Assembly: GCF_004010195.1 (NCBI RefSeq)
Contig: NC_057719.1
Location: forward strand, 9,711,112-9,775,111
Source: Chiloscyllium plagiosum
Taxonomy: Eukaryota
Reading direction: 5' to 3'
Length of the DNA: 64,000 nt
Below, one piece after another: positions 51,135-64,000 of this stretch. Below the pieces are notes generated by a model. It worked only from the letters and a program-made list of their open reading frames with translations, had not been told where the DNA came from and did no database searches. The position numbers and the translations under genes are program-made. Each line of letters begins with the position of its first letter. Position 1 is the first letter of the stretch.

Positions 51135-53534
51135 TAAAGCGGTAAACAGTACATTTCTCAAATACTGAACTTTAATGCAATTATCGCAAGTAGTCGGCTC
51201 TCGGCAACCTTTTTAAGGGCAAAGTTAAATTATTATTTCAGCGGTTTATGCTGTAAATATAGTGTAACATATATATATATATGCCCCCTGCATTACATTT
51301 CTATGACTTAGTGTGTGTGCTTTACACTGATTCAGTGGACCTCTTGATTATCCGAAACTGGCACACCCCTGGTCCCATAGGTGTCAGTCAATAAAAAGAT
51401 TGCTGTTTATTGAAGCCAATCCTGGTCACCTAGAGCAGTGTCTTCTCCAGGTGTAACTGAGAGAGGAATTATACCATCACCTCTATTCTGGTCAGGAATA
51501 GCGGTGTCACTATTTGCTGCTTTCTTTGAGGAGCAGCCGTGTTCAATCTTAATTTTCTCTCCCTCACCACTTCCTTTCACTGCCTTCAAAATCCATGAGG
51601 TCGGTTTTGAAACAAATTTGAAATACTCTTGCAATTGTTATTGTTGACATCTAAGACCGACTCCAATAAATAGAGATGGAATAATATTCCTGTAGCGTGA
51701 AAGCAGGCCACTGAGCCCCATCGAATCCACACCAACCCTCTGAACAGCATCCCACACAAACACGGGGAGAATGTGCAAACTCCACACAGACAGATAGTCA
51801 CCCGAGGGTGGGACTGAACCCTGGTCCCTGACGCTGTGAGGCAGCAGTGCTAAACAATGCATTGCTGTGTCATCCTCATTCAAATGACATCATTTATCTT
51901 CCAGTACATTGCCCATCTACCCAGTCTTGCTGGTCTGAATTGAGATTGACCAGGTCCAGACTGTTTTGATCTCATATTAATGAACAGAATTCTCCGGTCC
52001 CCTTTGCAGGGGGTGGGGTGAGGGATAATGGTGGCAGGGTTGGGGGGTTTGGAGGCATGGGGTGGAATGTTCACCAGGTGGCCTTCCTGCCAACCACCCT
52101 GTTACACCCAACCTTTCCATAATTTTACATGGGACAGGCCAGCCATCCACTGTCACTTCCACTGTAGCCCTTAATGAAGGGCCACTTCCTGCCCTGTGTG
52201 TAGGATCTGGGATACAGGTCCACAGTTGTCCAGGACTGGTGGTCAACTATTTGCAAGTAACTTCCAGAGAGTTTATTTAAGTTTATTAAGAGGCAACAGT
52301 TTGGATGAAGTGCATTACTTAATTGGATAGAGAGTGTGCTCAACAATGAAGAGTGAGGATGGTTCGCTGATATCAGAATGCAAACAGGTGGCTGGTGCAG
52401 AGTTTGTAGATTCCCCGTAGCTTGTTGGGAACACGTGCTGCTCTCTTGCCAAAGGGGGCTTTGACTCAATGCAGAAATGCTGCAGAGCTCCCACCTGAGC
52501 CTACCCCCTCCTTTTCTGGTCCATCTTCAGCCTGAGGTGGTGGAAGTTGATGAGCACTGCTACCCCCATCTTGAAATATTCATCAAGGTTCTTTATTTCT
52601 AGCAGCTGGTAGTTTCTGTTATGACAACCACACATTTGAATCCTTCCAACCAATGAATACAGGACAGGTGCCCAGATATCACCTGCCCTATTACCCATTT
52701 CCCAGTGTCAGGTCAGTTTACATTACGGTAACAATGACTCCAGATGACTTGATACAGTGTACCAATCAGATGAATGAAAATCGCACTTGCACAGATAGGG
52801 GGGTGGACATGAGGACCACTCCACCACTTTGGGGTGTCAACATGGAAGCCTGACCCAAAATCCAAAACACTTCCGGGTTCTGTCATTGTGCACTTTCAGA
52901 CCGAGAAAGAAAACAACTTCCTTTCTGCCTGGAAATATTGGGGAGGCAGATTCAATTCACAATGAGTATGGGATAATGATTTAGATAGGGATGATGTGTA
53001 GGGAAATGGGGAAAAGGCACAAGATTGGCACAAAGGATTGGAGTCTGTGGATGGGCTGAAAGGTCTTCTGCGGCGCCATAATGATTCGGTGAATCTGAGG
53101 AAATCTTAAACTCTGCCTATTAATTGAGTACTACCTTACTTATAATTTAAAAGTATAATTTATTCAAGGTAAATTTCTTACATCAGCCTCTATTCTGTGG
53201 TATCCCTGACACAGGTGGTCCCACTCTGCCTGGCCTCTTCATTCAAGACCCCCACAGCACAAACCCGCCCACTGGGCCTCACCTCACCTCAGTGCCACAG
53301 GAGTTCTTCATTTACAGAGGTTCACACGAGAAATCAAAGCCCCAGAGTCATCACACAGGTGAAAATTTGTTTAAACTGCCATTCGGCCCCAACTGTCTAA
53401 GTTCCCAATTCGGGTTAAGAGAATAAGCACGCTAGAGATTTCATAAACAATTAAACAACTATTTATTGGAATATTGTAATCAAACTGTTTTGACCAGTGC
53501 CAAGAAAGAAACCTGAGTTGCTCACTTAAGCAAA

Positions 53535-54020
53535 AAGTAAAGTACCGCAGATGCTGGAAATCTGACACAGCCACCGAGAATGCTGGAGAAACTCAGCAGG
53601 TCTGGCGACGTCTGCAGAAAGATAAACAGAGTTAATGCTTGGAATCCAATTCTTTCAGCGCTGAGCTGAAGAGTCAGGCTGGACCCAAAATGTTAACTTG
53701 GCGAAAGTGGGGATTGCAGATGCTGGCGATCAGAGTCAAGATTTAAGTGGGGCTGGAAAAGCACAGCAGGTCAGGCAGCATCCGAGGAGCAGGAAAATCA
53801 ACATTTCAGGCAAAAGCCCTTCCTCAAGATTGAGGGATTTTCCTGATGAAGTGCTTTTGCCTGAAACGTCGATTTTCCTGCTCCTCGGATGCTGCCTGAC
53901 CTGCTGTGCTTTTCCAGCCCCACTTAAATCTTGACTCGAAATGTTAACTGTTTCACTGTCTATAGAGACGAGAAGACCTGCTGAGTACCTCCAGCATTTT
54001 CTGTGCCTATTTGGAATTGC
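53535..54020. mobile_element. Nested Penelope-derived inverted pairs (inner pair 53699-53938)
   Basis: Inner TSD aaatgttaact (53688-53698 / 53939-53949); CTGATGAagtgcttttgcctGAAACGTC at 53843-53870. Confidence 0.75.
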
Positions 54021-54119
54021 TAGCTTATAACTCTCTCCCCCTTTTGTTTAAAATTCCCATACAGCTACAGACACATAAAGAGACAAATCGAGCCTCAGGT
54101 ATTTTGGTTGGGTGAGGAA

Positions 54120-54240
54120 GAAGGGCTCATGCCCGAAACTTCGATTCTCCTGTTCCCTGGATGCTGCCTGACCTGCTGTGCTTTTCCAGCAACACATTTT
54201 CAGCTGTGATCTCCAGCATCTGCAGACCTCACTTTCTCCC
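54120..54240 (+). mobile_element. Penelope-derived repeat, 5'-truncated within the hammerhead core
   Basis: gaagggctcatgcccgaaacttcgatt...; TSD tgaggaa (54113-54119 / 54241-54247). Confidence 0.7.
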
Positions 54241-55183
54241 TGAGGAATAGAAATGTTGGAGATACTCAATTCTGGCACTGGTCTGGGTACAGGCAGGAAT
54301 GAATTGCCCTCTTTCGGCTTTGGTAAACTCCTGCTGAATCTTTGCTAATGACGCAACGTTGTGAGTACATCCATTCTCAGTCCATCATTCACAGCCTGAA
54401 GATTCACCCTGAAGGTATTTGTTTTTTCCATTTTTGCTTTCAATACAGGATTTGCAGAAAGAGCAGTTTGCAGGAAAATGGTGAGTGAGAACAACTACTA
54501 GGTGATTTTTTTTGTTACTTCTTCACACAGACTTTGCAGACTAGAGACTGCTCTTCCATTGTCAACAAACCGGCTGGAATCACTTGCCTAGGAGCCAGTC
54601 AAGTGCTTGTTACTATGCTATACTGAACCCACAACAACAGGTCAATAGAAAAACAAATCAAAGGGCTGGCTCTGTGCGAAACTGCCTTTGAACACAAATA
54701 AGAGTTGATATTTCTATTATTCTCCCCCGTTCTCTCTCAATATTTGAATAAGGCAACTTTGAAAATCCAATCAATGAGCTCCAGTAGCTTGCTTTTTAAG
54801 ACATAAACATCTGCCTTTACAGTTCCCCCTGGCTTAACCCTGCATTTTCTTCAGAACACAGTCTCGGACTGAGACGAGAAACAACTTGCTCCCCCAGGCC
54901 CCATGTCACGGAAAGTGGTTGAGGCCAAAGCATTGAATGTTTTCAAGGAGGAGTTAGGTGTAACTCTGAGAAGTAAAGGGATCAAAAGGAATGAGGGGAA
55001 GTGGGCACAGGGTACTGAGTTGGATGATCAGCCATGATCCCATTGAAGGCAGGGCAGGCTTGAAGGGCCGAATGGCTGACTCCTGTTACTATGAAAGTAA
55101 CGAGGAGGGACAGAATCAGGGAGGGAGGGAAATCAATAACTTTCAAAAAAAATCAAGATGATGTTAAATATTTATTTCTATAA

Positions 55184-55490
55184 GGGGACCTGGGTTCAAT
55201 TCCAGCCTTTGGGCGACTGTCTGTGTGGAGTTTTCACATTCTCCCCGTGTCTGCGTGAGTTTCCTCTGGGTGCTCTGGTTTCCTCCCACAATCCAAAGAT
55301 GTGCAGGTCAGGTGAATTGGCCACGCTAAATTCCCGGTAGTGTTCAGGGATGTAGGTTAGGTGCATAAGTCAGGAGAAACGTGAAGTAATAGAGTAGGGA
55401 AAATGGGTCTGGGTGGGATACTCTTCGGAGGGTCAGTGTGGACTTGTTGGGTCAAATGCCCTGTTTCCACACCATCGGGATTCTACGTTT
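55184..55490 (+). mobile_element. HE1-type SINE (5'-truncated)
   Basis: B box and core. Confidence 0.85.
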
Positions 55491-56086
55491 CTAAAGCATT
55501 GGGTTTAATCTTCTGCTCCCACTAGAGGCATGGAGGCACGAGAGGCACTTAATACAGTATGTACCTAAATCCAGTCACCTTCTCAGCAACACCAGGATTA
55601 TGTTCTAGCAGCTGAGACCATGTAGCCATTTTGTCATCTCAAGGAAAGGAGGAATGGAAGGTCTTCCTCCACTGGCAGGCAGCACCTGGTTGAAAGGAGT
55701 GAAAGTATTGAGGAGAGATGGAAGCAGGGAGGAAGGGAGATCAATAACTTTCAAGAAAATCAAGATAACAGTCTAGGACTGAGCGAAGGAGCAATTTCTT
55801 CTCCCACGGATTGATGAGCCTGTGGAATTTGCTGCCACAGAAAGCTGTTGAGATCAGCACATTAAATGCTTTCAAGGAGGAGTTAGGTGCAGCTCTTTGG
55901 CATCATACGGATACGGTGAGAAAGTGGGAATATGGCATTGAGTTAGAGGCTCAGCCATGATTACTCCGAACGGTGGAGTAGACTGGAAGAGGCAAATGGC
56001 CTCTCAATAAAGAAATGAAACCAGACAGACCACCTGACAACGATCTCGGCACCGGAAAAGGCAACGTCAGAAACGGCCCTGTCAAC

Positions 56087-56360
56087 CACTGCTGCCTCAC
56101 AGTGCCAGAGACCTGGGTTCAATTCCCGCCTCAGGCGACTGTGTGTGGAGTTTGCACATTCTCCCCGTGCCTGCGTGGGTTTCCTCCGGGTGCTCCAGTT
56201 TCCTTCCACAATCCAAAAATGTGCAGGTTAGGTGAATTGGCCATGCTAAATTGCCTGTAGTGTTAGGTGTAGGTGGGTCTGGGTGGGTTGCTCTTCCGAG
56301 GGTCGGTGTGGACTTGTTGGGCCGAAGGGCCTGTTTCCACACTGTAAGTAATCTAATCTA
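56087..56360 (+). mobile_element. HE1-type SINE (5'-truncated)
   Basis: B box, core and taatctaatcta tail. Confidence 0.88.
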
Positions 56361-56364
56361 AAAC

Positions 56365-58405
56365 CCTGCGACGTCTTCCTCACTAACATCTGGCGGAGAG
56401 TGCCAGAATTGGGAGAGCTGTCTCACCGTCTAGTCAAGCTAACATAGTCATACTCACAGAATTAGATCTTACAGACACCACCATCACCATCCTTGGATAT
56501 GTCCTGTCCCACTTGCAGGGCAGACCCAGCAGAGGTGGCGGCATAGTGGTGTACAGTCAGGAAGGAGTTGCCCTGGGAGCCCTCAACATTCGTTTTGGAC
56601 CCCATGAAGTCTCATAGCTTCAGGCTACACATGAGCAAGGAACCCTCCTGCTGAATACCACGCACCACCCTCCCTCAGCTGATGCATTGGTACTCCTCCT
56701 TGTTAAACATCACTTGGATGAAGTACTGAGGATAACAAGGGCACAAAATTTACTTGGGGTGGGGAATTTCAATGTCCACCACCAAGAATGGCATGGCAGC
56801 AATACTACTGACCCCCACAGCACAAACCCGCACACTGGGCCTCACCTCATCAACGCCACTCAGCTCCTGACCTCATTACAGCCTTGGTTCAAACATGGAC
56901 AAAACAGCTGAATTCTAGAAGTAGGGTGATGTTGACAGCCCTTGACGTCAAGGCCACATTTGACCAAATGTGGCATCAAGGAGCAAAACTGGAATGAATA
57001 GGTATCGGGGGTAAACTTTCGACCAGGCTGGAGTCATACCTGATAGTTGGAACATGATTGTGATTGTTGGAGGTCTGTCATCTCAGTTCCAGGACATCTC
57101 CTCAGGAATTCCTCAGGGTAGAGTTCTGGGCCCACCAACTTCAACTGCTTTGTCAAAGCTTTACCCTCCATCATAATGGACGGCATGGTGGCTCAGTGGT
57201 TAGCACAGCTTCCTGACAGCACCAGGGACCCGGGTTCAAGTCCACCCTCAGACGACTGTGTGAAATATGCACATTCTTGCTCGGTCTATGAGGTTTCCTC
57301 TGGATTCCTCCCAAAGTCCAAAAATGTGCAGGTTAGGTGGATTGGCCGTGCTAATTTACCCCATAGCATCCAGGGATAGGCAGGCTATGTGGGTTAGACA
57401 TGGAAAATGCATGGTTCCAGGGTTAGAGTCAGGAGCTGGGTCTTGGTGAGATGGCCTTCAGGGGTAGGTGTGCATTTGATGAGCCAAATGATCTGCTTCC
57501 ACACTGTACAGATTCTACGTTAAGGTCAGAAGTAAGGAAGTTTGTTGATGATTGCTCAATGTTCAGCACCATTCATGACTCCTCAGATACTGAAGCAGTC
57601 AATGTTGCCAGGGACAAGATCTGGACAATATCCAGGCTTATGCTGACCCGTGGCAAGTAGCATTCACAAATATCAGGCAATAACCATCTCCATAAGAGAC
57701 AATCTAACCACTGCTCCTTGACATTCAACTGTCTTACCATCACTGAATCCCCCATTATCAACATCCTTGGGGGAATCATTGACCAGAAAGTCAACTGGAC
57801 CTGTCACATAAACACAGAGCCATAAGAGCTGGTCAGAGTGTAGGAATACTGCGATGGAAGACTCCCCCAAAGCCTGTCCATCATCTGCAGTGCACAAGTC
57901 AGGAGTGAGATGAAATACTCACCACTTGCCTGGCTGGGTGCTTCTCCAACACTCATGAAGCTTGACACCATCCAGGTCAAAGCAACCCGCTTGACTGGCA
58001 ACACATCCACAAACATCCATTCCCTCCACCACTGACACTCAGTATTAGCAGTGTGTACCACTTACACAATATACTGCAGAAACTCACCAAAGATCCTTAG
58101 ATAGCATCTTGCAATCTCATAAGCACTTCCATAATGCCCACAAGGGCAGCAAATACATAGGAACACCACCACCTGCAAGTTCCCCTCCAAGCCACACACT
58201 ATCCTGACTTAGAAATATATCACTGTTCCTTCAGGGTCACTGGGTCAAAATCCTGGAATTCCCTCATTAGGGGACTACCTACACTGAATGGACTGCAGTG
58301 GTTCAAGAAGGCAGCTCACCACCACCTTCTCAAGGGCAACTATAGACAGACAATGAATGCTGGTCCAACCACCAACACCTACATCCCATGAGTAAATAAT
58401 AAAAA
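56365..58405 (+). mobile_element. CR1/L2-group LINE remnant with internal deletion and nested HE1 SINE (57178-57517)
   Basis: GNFNVHH endonuclease motif; ALDVKATFDQMWHQG-, IPQGRVLGP- and FVDD-like RT motifs; A-rich end. Confidence 0.78.
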
Positions 58406-59504
58406 GCCTTCTCCTTAGTTTCAGTGTTTCTATGGGAGGAGGGAAGGGTAAGGTGTGAAGGCTAAGGGGAGGGGGTGGGGGTGGGGGGTTGGGAACCTGC
58501 TGGAGAATCCTTGTCCTGGCTACTAACCTTCATCCTCCCTTCATTCGTGACCCTAATATCACAAAATCTCACCCATCGGCACAATATCTGCGGCATAGCT
58601 ACAGGACAGGCTACATAATGGAAAGGATTCAAGGCAATCTGGCTTTTGTAAAATGACAATGCTTTGCAGCTACCAATAGCAAACTTAATTGTGTCAGTCG
58701 TACATTGGGGAGTAAAAGTTGTCAGCTAATTCCTAATTTGTATTCACAGTAGAGTTGCTTTCTGAGTGTTGTGTCTGTCTATAACATCCCATTTGCTAAC
58801 ACAAATCCATTAACATCGACGAAAGTAATAATCTGTAGCTGTTAGCGAACCTATATTGAATGAAATATTTTCTCTCCCCTTTTTCATTATCCACAAAAAG
58901 CAAATAATGTCGAGAGAAAAAGCTGCTGTTGTCCAACATGCATTTGCATATCTTTTTCAATCAAATTCAGCATCCAATAAATAAAGTGCCTGGCTAAAAG
59001 CATCTAATTATTCTGCAGCATTAGGAGCAACACTCTAAGAACAAATTATCTGTGCAAACAGCATAACTGGTTCACCTACGTTCTCTCGGCAGCACAGTGA
59101 AATTATCTGGTTTTATCCTGTTTCGGCAGATATCCAGAGTAACAGGGCATTGATTGACAGGAGTTCAAAAGACAAAAATACTGAATTTTCAGACAATACT
59201 CTTCGGGATTTATAGAGTACAGGTCATTTCAGATCAAATGAGCAAGCCACTTATCCCAAATAAAGCTAGACATCATTTCTATTCTGATACTTTATTGAGC
59301 AGTTTGTTAATAGTCTGCATTTACTATAGTTGGAGACATACTAACACTTGTTCTGGTCAGGTATTCCTTTCAGCTACAAAAACTAATTGGAGGCCAGACT
59401 GTGGATAATTGGAATTTCTCTCATGGCTTGCTTGTTGCCAGTGCACATACTAAAGTGTTACTGCTCATTGAAAGCCTTGTTTTTCAATGGTACTTTCATG
59501 ACCG

Positions 59505-60606
59505 GAGGACAAAAGAGCTGAATTCTAGAGGTGAAATGAGAGCAGCTGCCCTTGATCTCAAGGATGCATTTGACCAAGTGTCATGTCAAGGAGCCTGAGC
59601 AAAACTGGGATCAATATGAATCCAGGGTCAAACTCTCCACTGGTTGGAGTCATACCTGGCATATGGAAAGATGGTCATGGTTGTTGGAGGTCAGTTATCT
59701 CACTCCAGGACATCTCTGCAGGAAATACTCAGGGTTGTGTCCGAGGCCTAACTATTTTCAGCTGCTTCATCAATGACCTTCCTTCCATCATTACATCAGA
59801 CATGGCGATTTTCACAAACAATTGTACACTGAACCACAGCATTTGCGACTAAGCATATACTGAAGCAGTCTTTATTTAAGATCGGGACAATATCCAGGTT
59901 TGGGCTGACAAGTGGCAAGTAGCATTTGCACTATGCAAAGGCCAGGTATAGACCATCTTCAATCAGAGATGATCCAACCATCAGCCGTTGACATTCAATG
60001 GTGTAATCATCACTGAATTGCAACAAGTAATTCATCTCCTGAATCAGGATACACCCCACTTGCCTGGTTGGGTGCAGCTCCAACAACACTCAAGGAGCTT
60101 AACGCCATCCAGGACAAAGTAGCCTGCTTGATTGGCACCACATCCACAAGCATCGATTCCCTCCACCACCGGCACTCAGTAACAACAGTGTGTACTATCT
60201 ACAAGATGCACTGCAGAAATTCACCAAAACTCCTGAGACAGTACCTTCCAAACACATGACCTCTTCTATCTAGAAGGACAAGGGCATCAGATACATGGGA
60301 ACATCACTCCCTGCAAGTTCCCCTCTAAGCCACTCACCATCTTGAGTTAGAAATACGTCACCATTCCTTCAGTGTAGCTGGCTCAAAATCACGGAAGTTC
60401 TGCCATATTGTGGTTCTATGTAGACCCAGCATTCCCTCTAATCTACTTCCCAACTATGTGGCCCTCCGACGTCCATGCAAGGCAGCCTAGAGGAAACGTT
60501 GCCTTTCACCATTGGGCTGCAGCAGTTCAAGCAGTCAGCTCACAACAACAACTAAGGACGGGCAATAAACGTTGGCCCAGCCCATGTCCCACGAGTGAAT
60601 AAAAAT
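59505..60606 (+). mobile_element. Second copy of the same LINE family
   Basis: AALDLKDAFDQV and FSCFINDLP; 3' region homologous to 57900-58400. Confidence 0.78.
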
Positions 60607-63600
60607 TGGACACCTCAAAGAACACTATACCCTTCAGAAGTGACATCATTATTGAACTGTACAAAACACAGAGCCAATTTACATACATGAATGTCCCAAA
60701 CTGCAATGTGCTAATGAGCAGATAATCTGTTTTAATGGATGCTGCTTGAGAGAGAAATGTAGGCCAAGACACTGAGCAGAACTCTGTTGCTGTATTTCAA
60801 AATAGGAATACAGGAGCAGGAGATGGTCATTCAGCCTCTCAAGGATGCTTAGAGCATGAACAATCATCTACCTCAATTCTAGTCTTCTGCTCTATCACCC
60901 CATCTCTTGATTCCATTTGTAACGAGAACTCAACCACAGTCTTTTGGGATATAAATTCCAAATATCTTTTCATGAAGAAATTTTTTCACACTTCAGTCCT
61001 ACTTTGCTCACCAGTTCTAGCATCCCAACTGGGAGTGGCCTACACAAGAGATCAGCGCACTGTTTGCTCCTCTGGGCCTCCCTCTTGGACAACTACCAGC
61101 AACATCTCGGGACACACACTTCGTGAGCAGTGACCACCTGTATCCCTCAGCCATAAAGAATGGCATCTGACACACACCAACCTTCCTGGAACATCATTCC
61201 CTACCCACTTACAGTGCTCTGCAATTCAATGTCATAATTCAGAGAACTGGCATCTACCATTGTAATTCTGCTGCTAGGACACTTACCTCAACGAGCTGAG
61301 CAGGATGCAAATCAGGCTATTTCACTTATCCTTTGGTGGTCACTCACTTTGCACATTCTTGGATACTCACTGCATCTCTGCATTATCTTAGAGTCACGGA
61401 GACAGGTTCTTTGGCCCAAACTGGCCCATGCCAACCAAAATGTCCATCCGTGCTAACTCCATTTCCCTGCACTTGGCCCATATCCTTCTAAACATTTCTT
61501 GCTTTGTCTGTTTGCACTTTGCCTCCATAGCCACAGCTTAAAGGATCACTTCCGACTTGCAGGGCCTTTTAGAACTGACAAAGTTGGACAGCTCGTTATT
61601 CCTCTAAACTTCAGAGAATACAGGCTCAGTTGTCTCACACTTTTCTTTTTGGCTACTCCTGCCTTCTCAGGAATGGGAGTGGTGAATCTTTTCTGTGCTC
61701 CTTCCAATGTTAACTCTTCCCTTCCTTAGGTTGTAGTATCAGGAGATCGTTTACACCTGCCTGAGGAGGCAGATGAGGCTTCACTTTAGTGCCTCATGTG
61801 AAAAGCAGTACCTCTGACAGTGCAGCACTCCCTCAGTACTCCACTATAGCTGTCAGCATTGGTACTTCTGCACTCTAACTTGAAACAGCACTTGAACCCA
61901 CAACCTGCTGACTCAAAGGACAGGACATTACTAACTGAGTCACAACTTATACCTTCCAGAAGTGTGGTGGGATCAAGACACATCAGAGTGTCTCCAGTTC
62001 TAAAAGAACTTTAAAGGAGATGGAGATGTTCTGAGTGTGCTGGCCAACACTGGTGTAGAAAACACCATGTCAGTCAGGGATAACTAAACATTTTCCACCA
62101 AACGTGATATCCACTTATTTTGAACTCCAACTCTATTTTAACAGTGCGCAGAGAAGCAAACAGTTTGCTGCCTGTGACAAACAGAACACATGACCAAAAC
62201 TGCAGCAATGGCTCCTGCTGAAAGCAGAATGATTTCTCAAGCATAATGCAGCGTTTGGTGAACAGTTACGTAATGCAAATTATGTGCACAGAATCAATCC
62301 CAGACACAAACTGTAGCACAGTCTCCAGACATGATTGACAGGGAAATTAATCAGTCATCTCGAAACTGGCCTGGAATAATGGTGTCACTATCTGCAGCCT
62401 TGTATAACTGTCAGGTCAGATCCACAATGATAACCTTCAAGACGTGCAGCAAGTTTTTCCTGTTCCACCAGCCTGTCTCTTAGGACAGATGACACCCTGA
62501 AGCTAAATGTAATGTTCACGTGCTTAAACATCAGAGTAATGCTTCTAGTATTTAAATCGCCATTACTCTTACCGAGACCAAGAAATAACAATGGCATATC
62601 AGAACAGGTTGTCTTTTTGAAAATATTTATTAAGGGTTCGATGTTATGCTGTGCAACTGAATAAAACCAATTCCATTTGCTGCAAGTCTTTGAAACTCAA
62701 AGTGTTTCTGAATCTAACCTTACATAGGCCAAGGCTGCAGCATTTTGTGAAGCTCCAAAGGTTTCTAATAGCATCACTGCTCCTGAAAACCCACAGGCTG
62801 CTGCTACCTGGTGTAAGATGGGATGAGATAGACTCTTCATTAGTCGGGGAATCAAGGGAAAGGGCTGGATCGTGGACTTGAGGAGTGTTGGATCAGCTGT
62901 GATCCTATTGAATGGAGGAGCCCCCTCAAACAGCTGAACAGCCTCCTCTTGTTCCTTTTTCTTGTGGTCTGATGGTTATAATGATAACCCTCAAGCCACC
63001 TCTACAATTTCATATTCTCCTGCACTGGGATGCCCTTGCCTATATCCATCGCTGCCAAGCTGTTTTCACTCAATGTCCATGACAAAGTTGTCCTATATAC
63101 CATAAGACCAGAAGATGTAGGAGCAGAACTTGACCATTCACTCCATCAAATCTGCTTGGTCCTTCAATGAGATCATGGCTGTTCTCATAATCCTCAAACT
63201 CCACTTTCCTTGACTCGCTTACTGATTAAAATCTGTCCAATTCAGCCTTGAATATAGTTTATGACTATGCCTCAATAGGCCTCTGTATAAGGAATTCCAT
63301 AGATTCACTAATTTCTGACAGAAGGTCTTCCTTTTCATTTCTATTGTATATGAAGGGTGGCCTCTGAAATCATGCCTCTGGTCCTATACTCTCCTTAGAC
63401 AAGGTGAAACAGCCTTTCCATATCTTTCCGGTCAAGTCTCCTCAGAATCTTTCACGTTTCAAAAAGTTCTCCTCTTCTGCTTTGAATCTCTAATGAGCAC
63501 AGGCCTAAACTACCATTATGAACCAGACCAAACTACCTCTAATACACTAAGAAGATATCCAAGATGCTAACTTTTTTATTTTAAAGGCAAGAGCCAGGAG

Positions 63601-64000
63601 TTGCATTCCAGATGCAAATTTGATTGGTCAACTACCAGGCTTGAAGAAAAACACACTTAATTTCCACACTACAATTAAAATACATCTCAGGAAAAAATTG
63701 GAATAATTGACTCTATTGGAAAACTTAACCGCATAACAGATAATTTAACTACTAAAAAGTTCCAATGTTGTAATATCCCAGAAACACACCCTTGGAAAAG
63801 GCAAATTCAGTAAAATAGGTTTTCTCACAGGCAATTCTCCAGCCCGGGAGGAAAATAAAAGCATCAAAAGAAAACTCAGAGAGAGAATAACAGGGAGAGA
63901 TGTACTACAGCTTCCAAACCGAGCTTCCAGACTCCAGCAACTGCCACTGAAAAGCGAAAACAAAAAAATCCTATTTCCGTGGGAGCTTGATCCCACCCAG

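Noticed and set aside
55100..55767. ~55-bp similarity between 55103-55158 and 55711-55766
   Set aside because: Short, diverged and purine-rich, next to CR1 ends; nothing beyond an old local duplication can be supported.
63515..64000. Possible solo LTR (also ~33510-34250)
   Set aside because: Only a compositional impression; no paired terminus, PBS or TSD could be verified.

Overview
Eukaryotic vertebrate DNA, almost certainly elasmobranch (shark-like HE1 SINEs and CR1 LINEs). The window is intronic sequence of an alpha-neurexin gene on the minus strand, most likely nrxn3. One 204-bp coding exon is present (2088-2291, start of LNS4, just before splice site 3). I found no upstream exon in the remaining ~62 kb. 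Most of the rest is a nest of decayed retroelements: CR1, Rex1/Babar-like and Tx1-like LINEs, HE1 and other SINEs, and LTR remnants. There is a 974-N assembly gap. Main observations: (1) About ten short insertions from roughly four sequence families carry minimal hammerhead-ribozyme motifs of the Penelope type. Most have target-site duplications (TSDs), several form inverted pairs, and two sit beside inverted copies of host flank. (2) Tx1-like LINE ends sit at the same TATA-box position in two copies of a small LTR-like element and carry 3'-transduced target sequence, suggesting an LTR-targeting retrotransposon. (3) A ~140-bp direct repeat brackets the neurexin exon, with a hairpin cluster downstream. 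(4) Several 29-55 bp locally templated copies occur, some at LINE junctions. All calls were made by eye; repeat boundaries are approximate and no database search was run.
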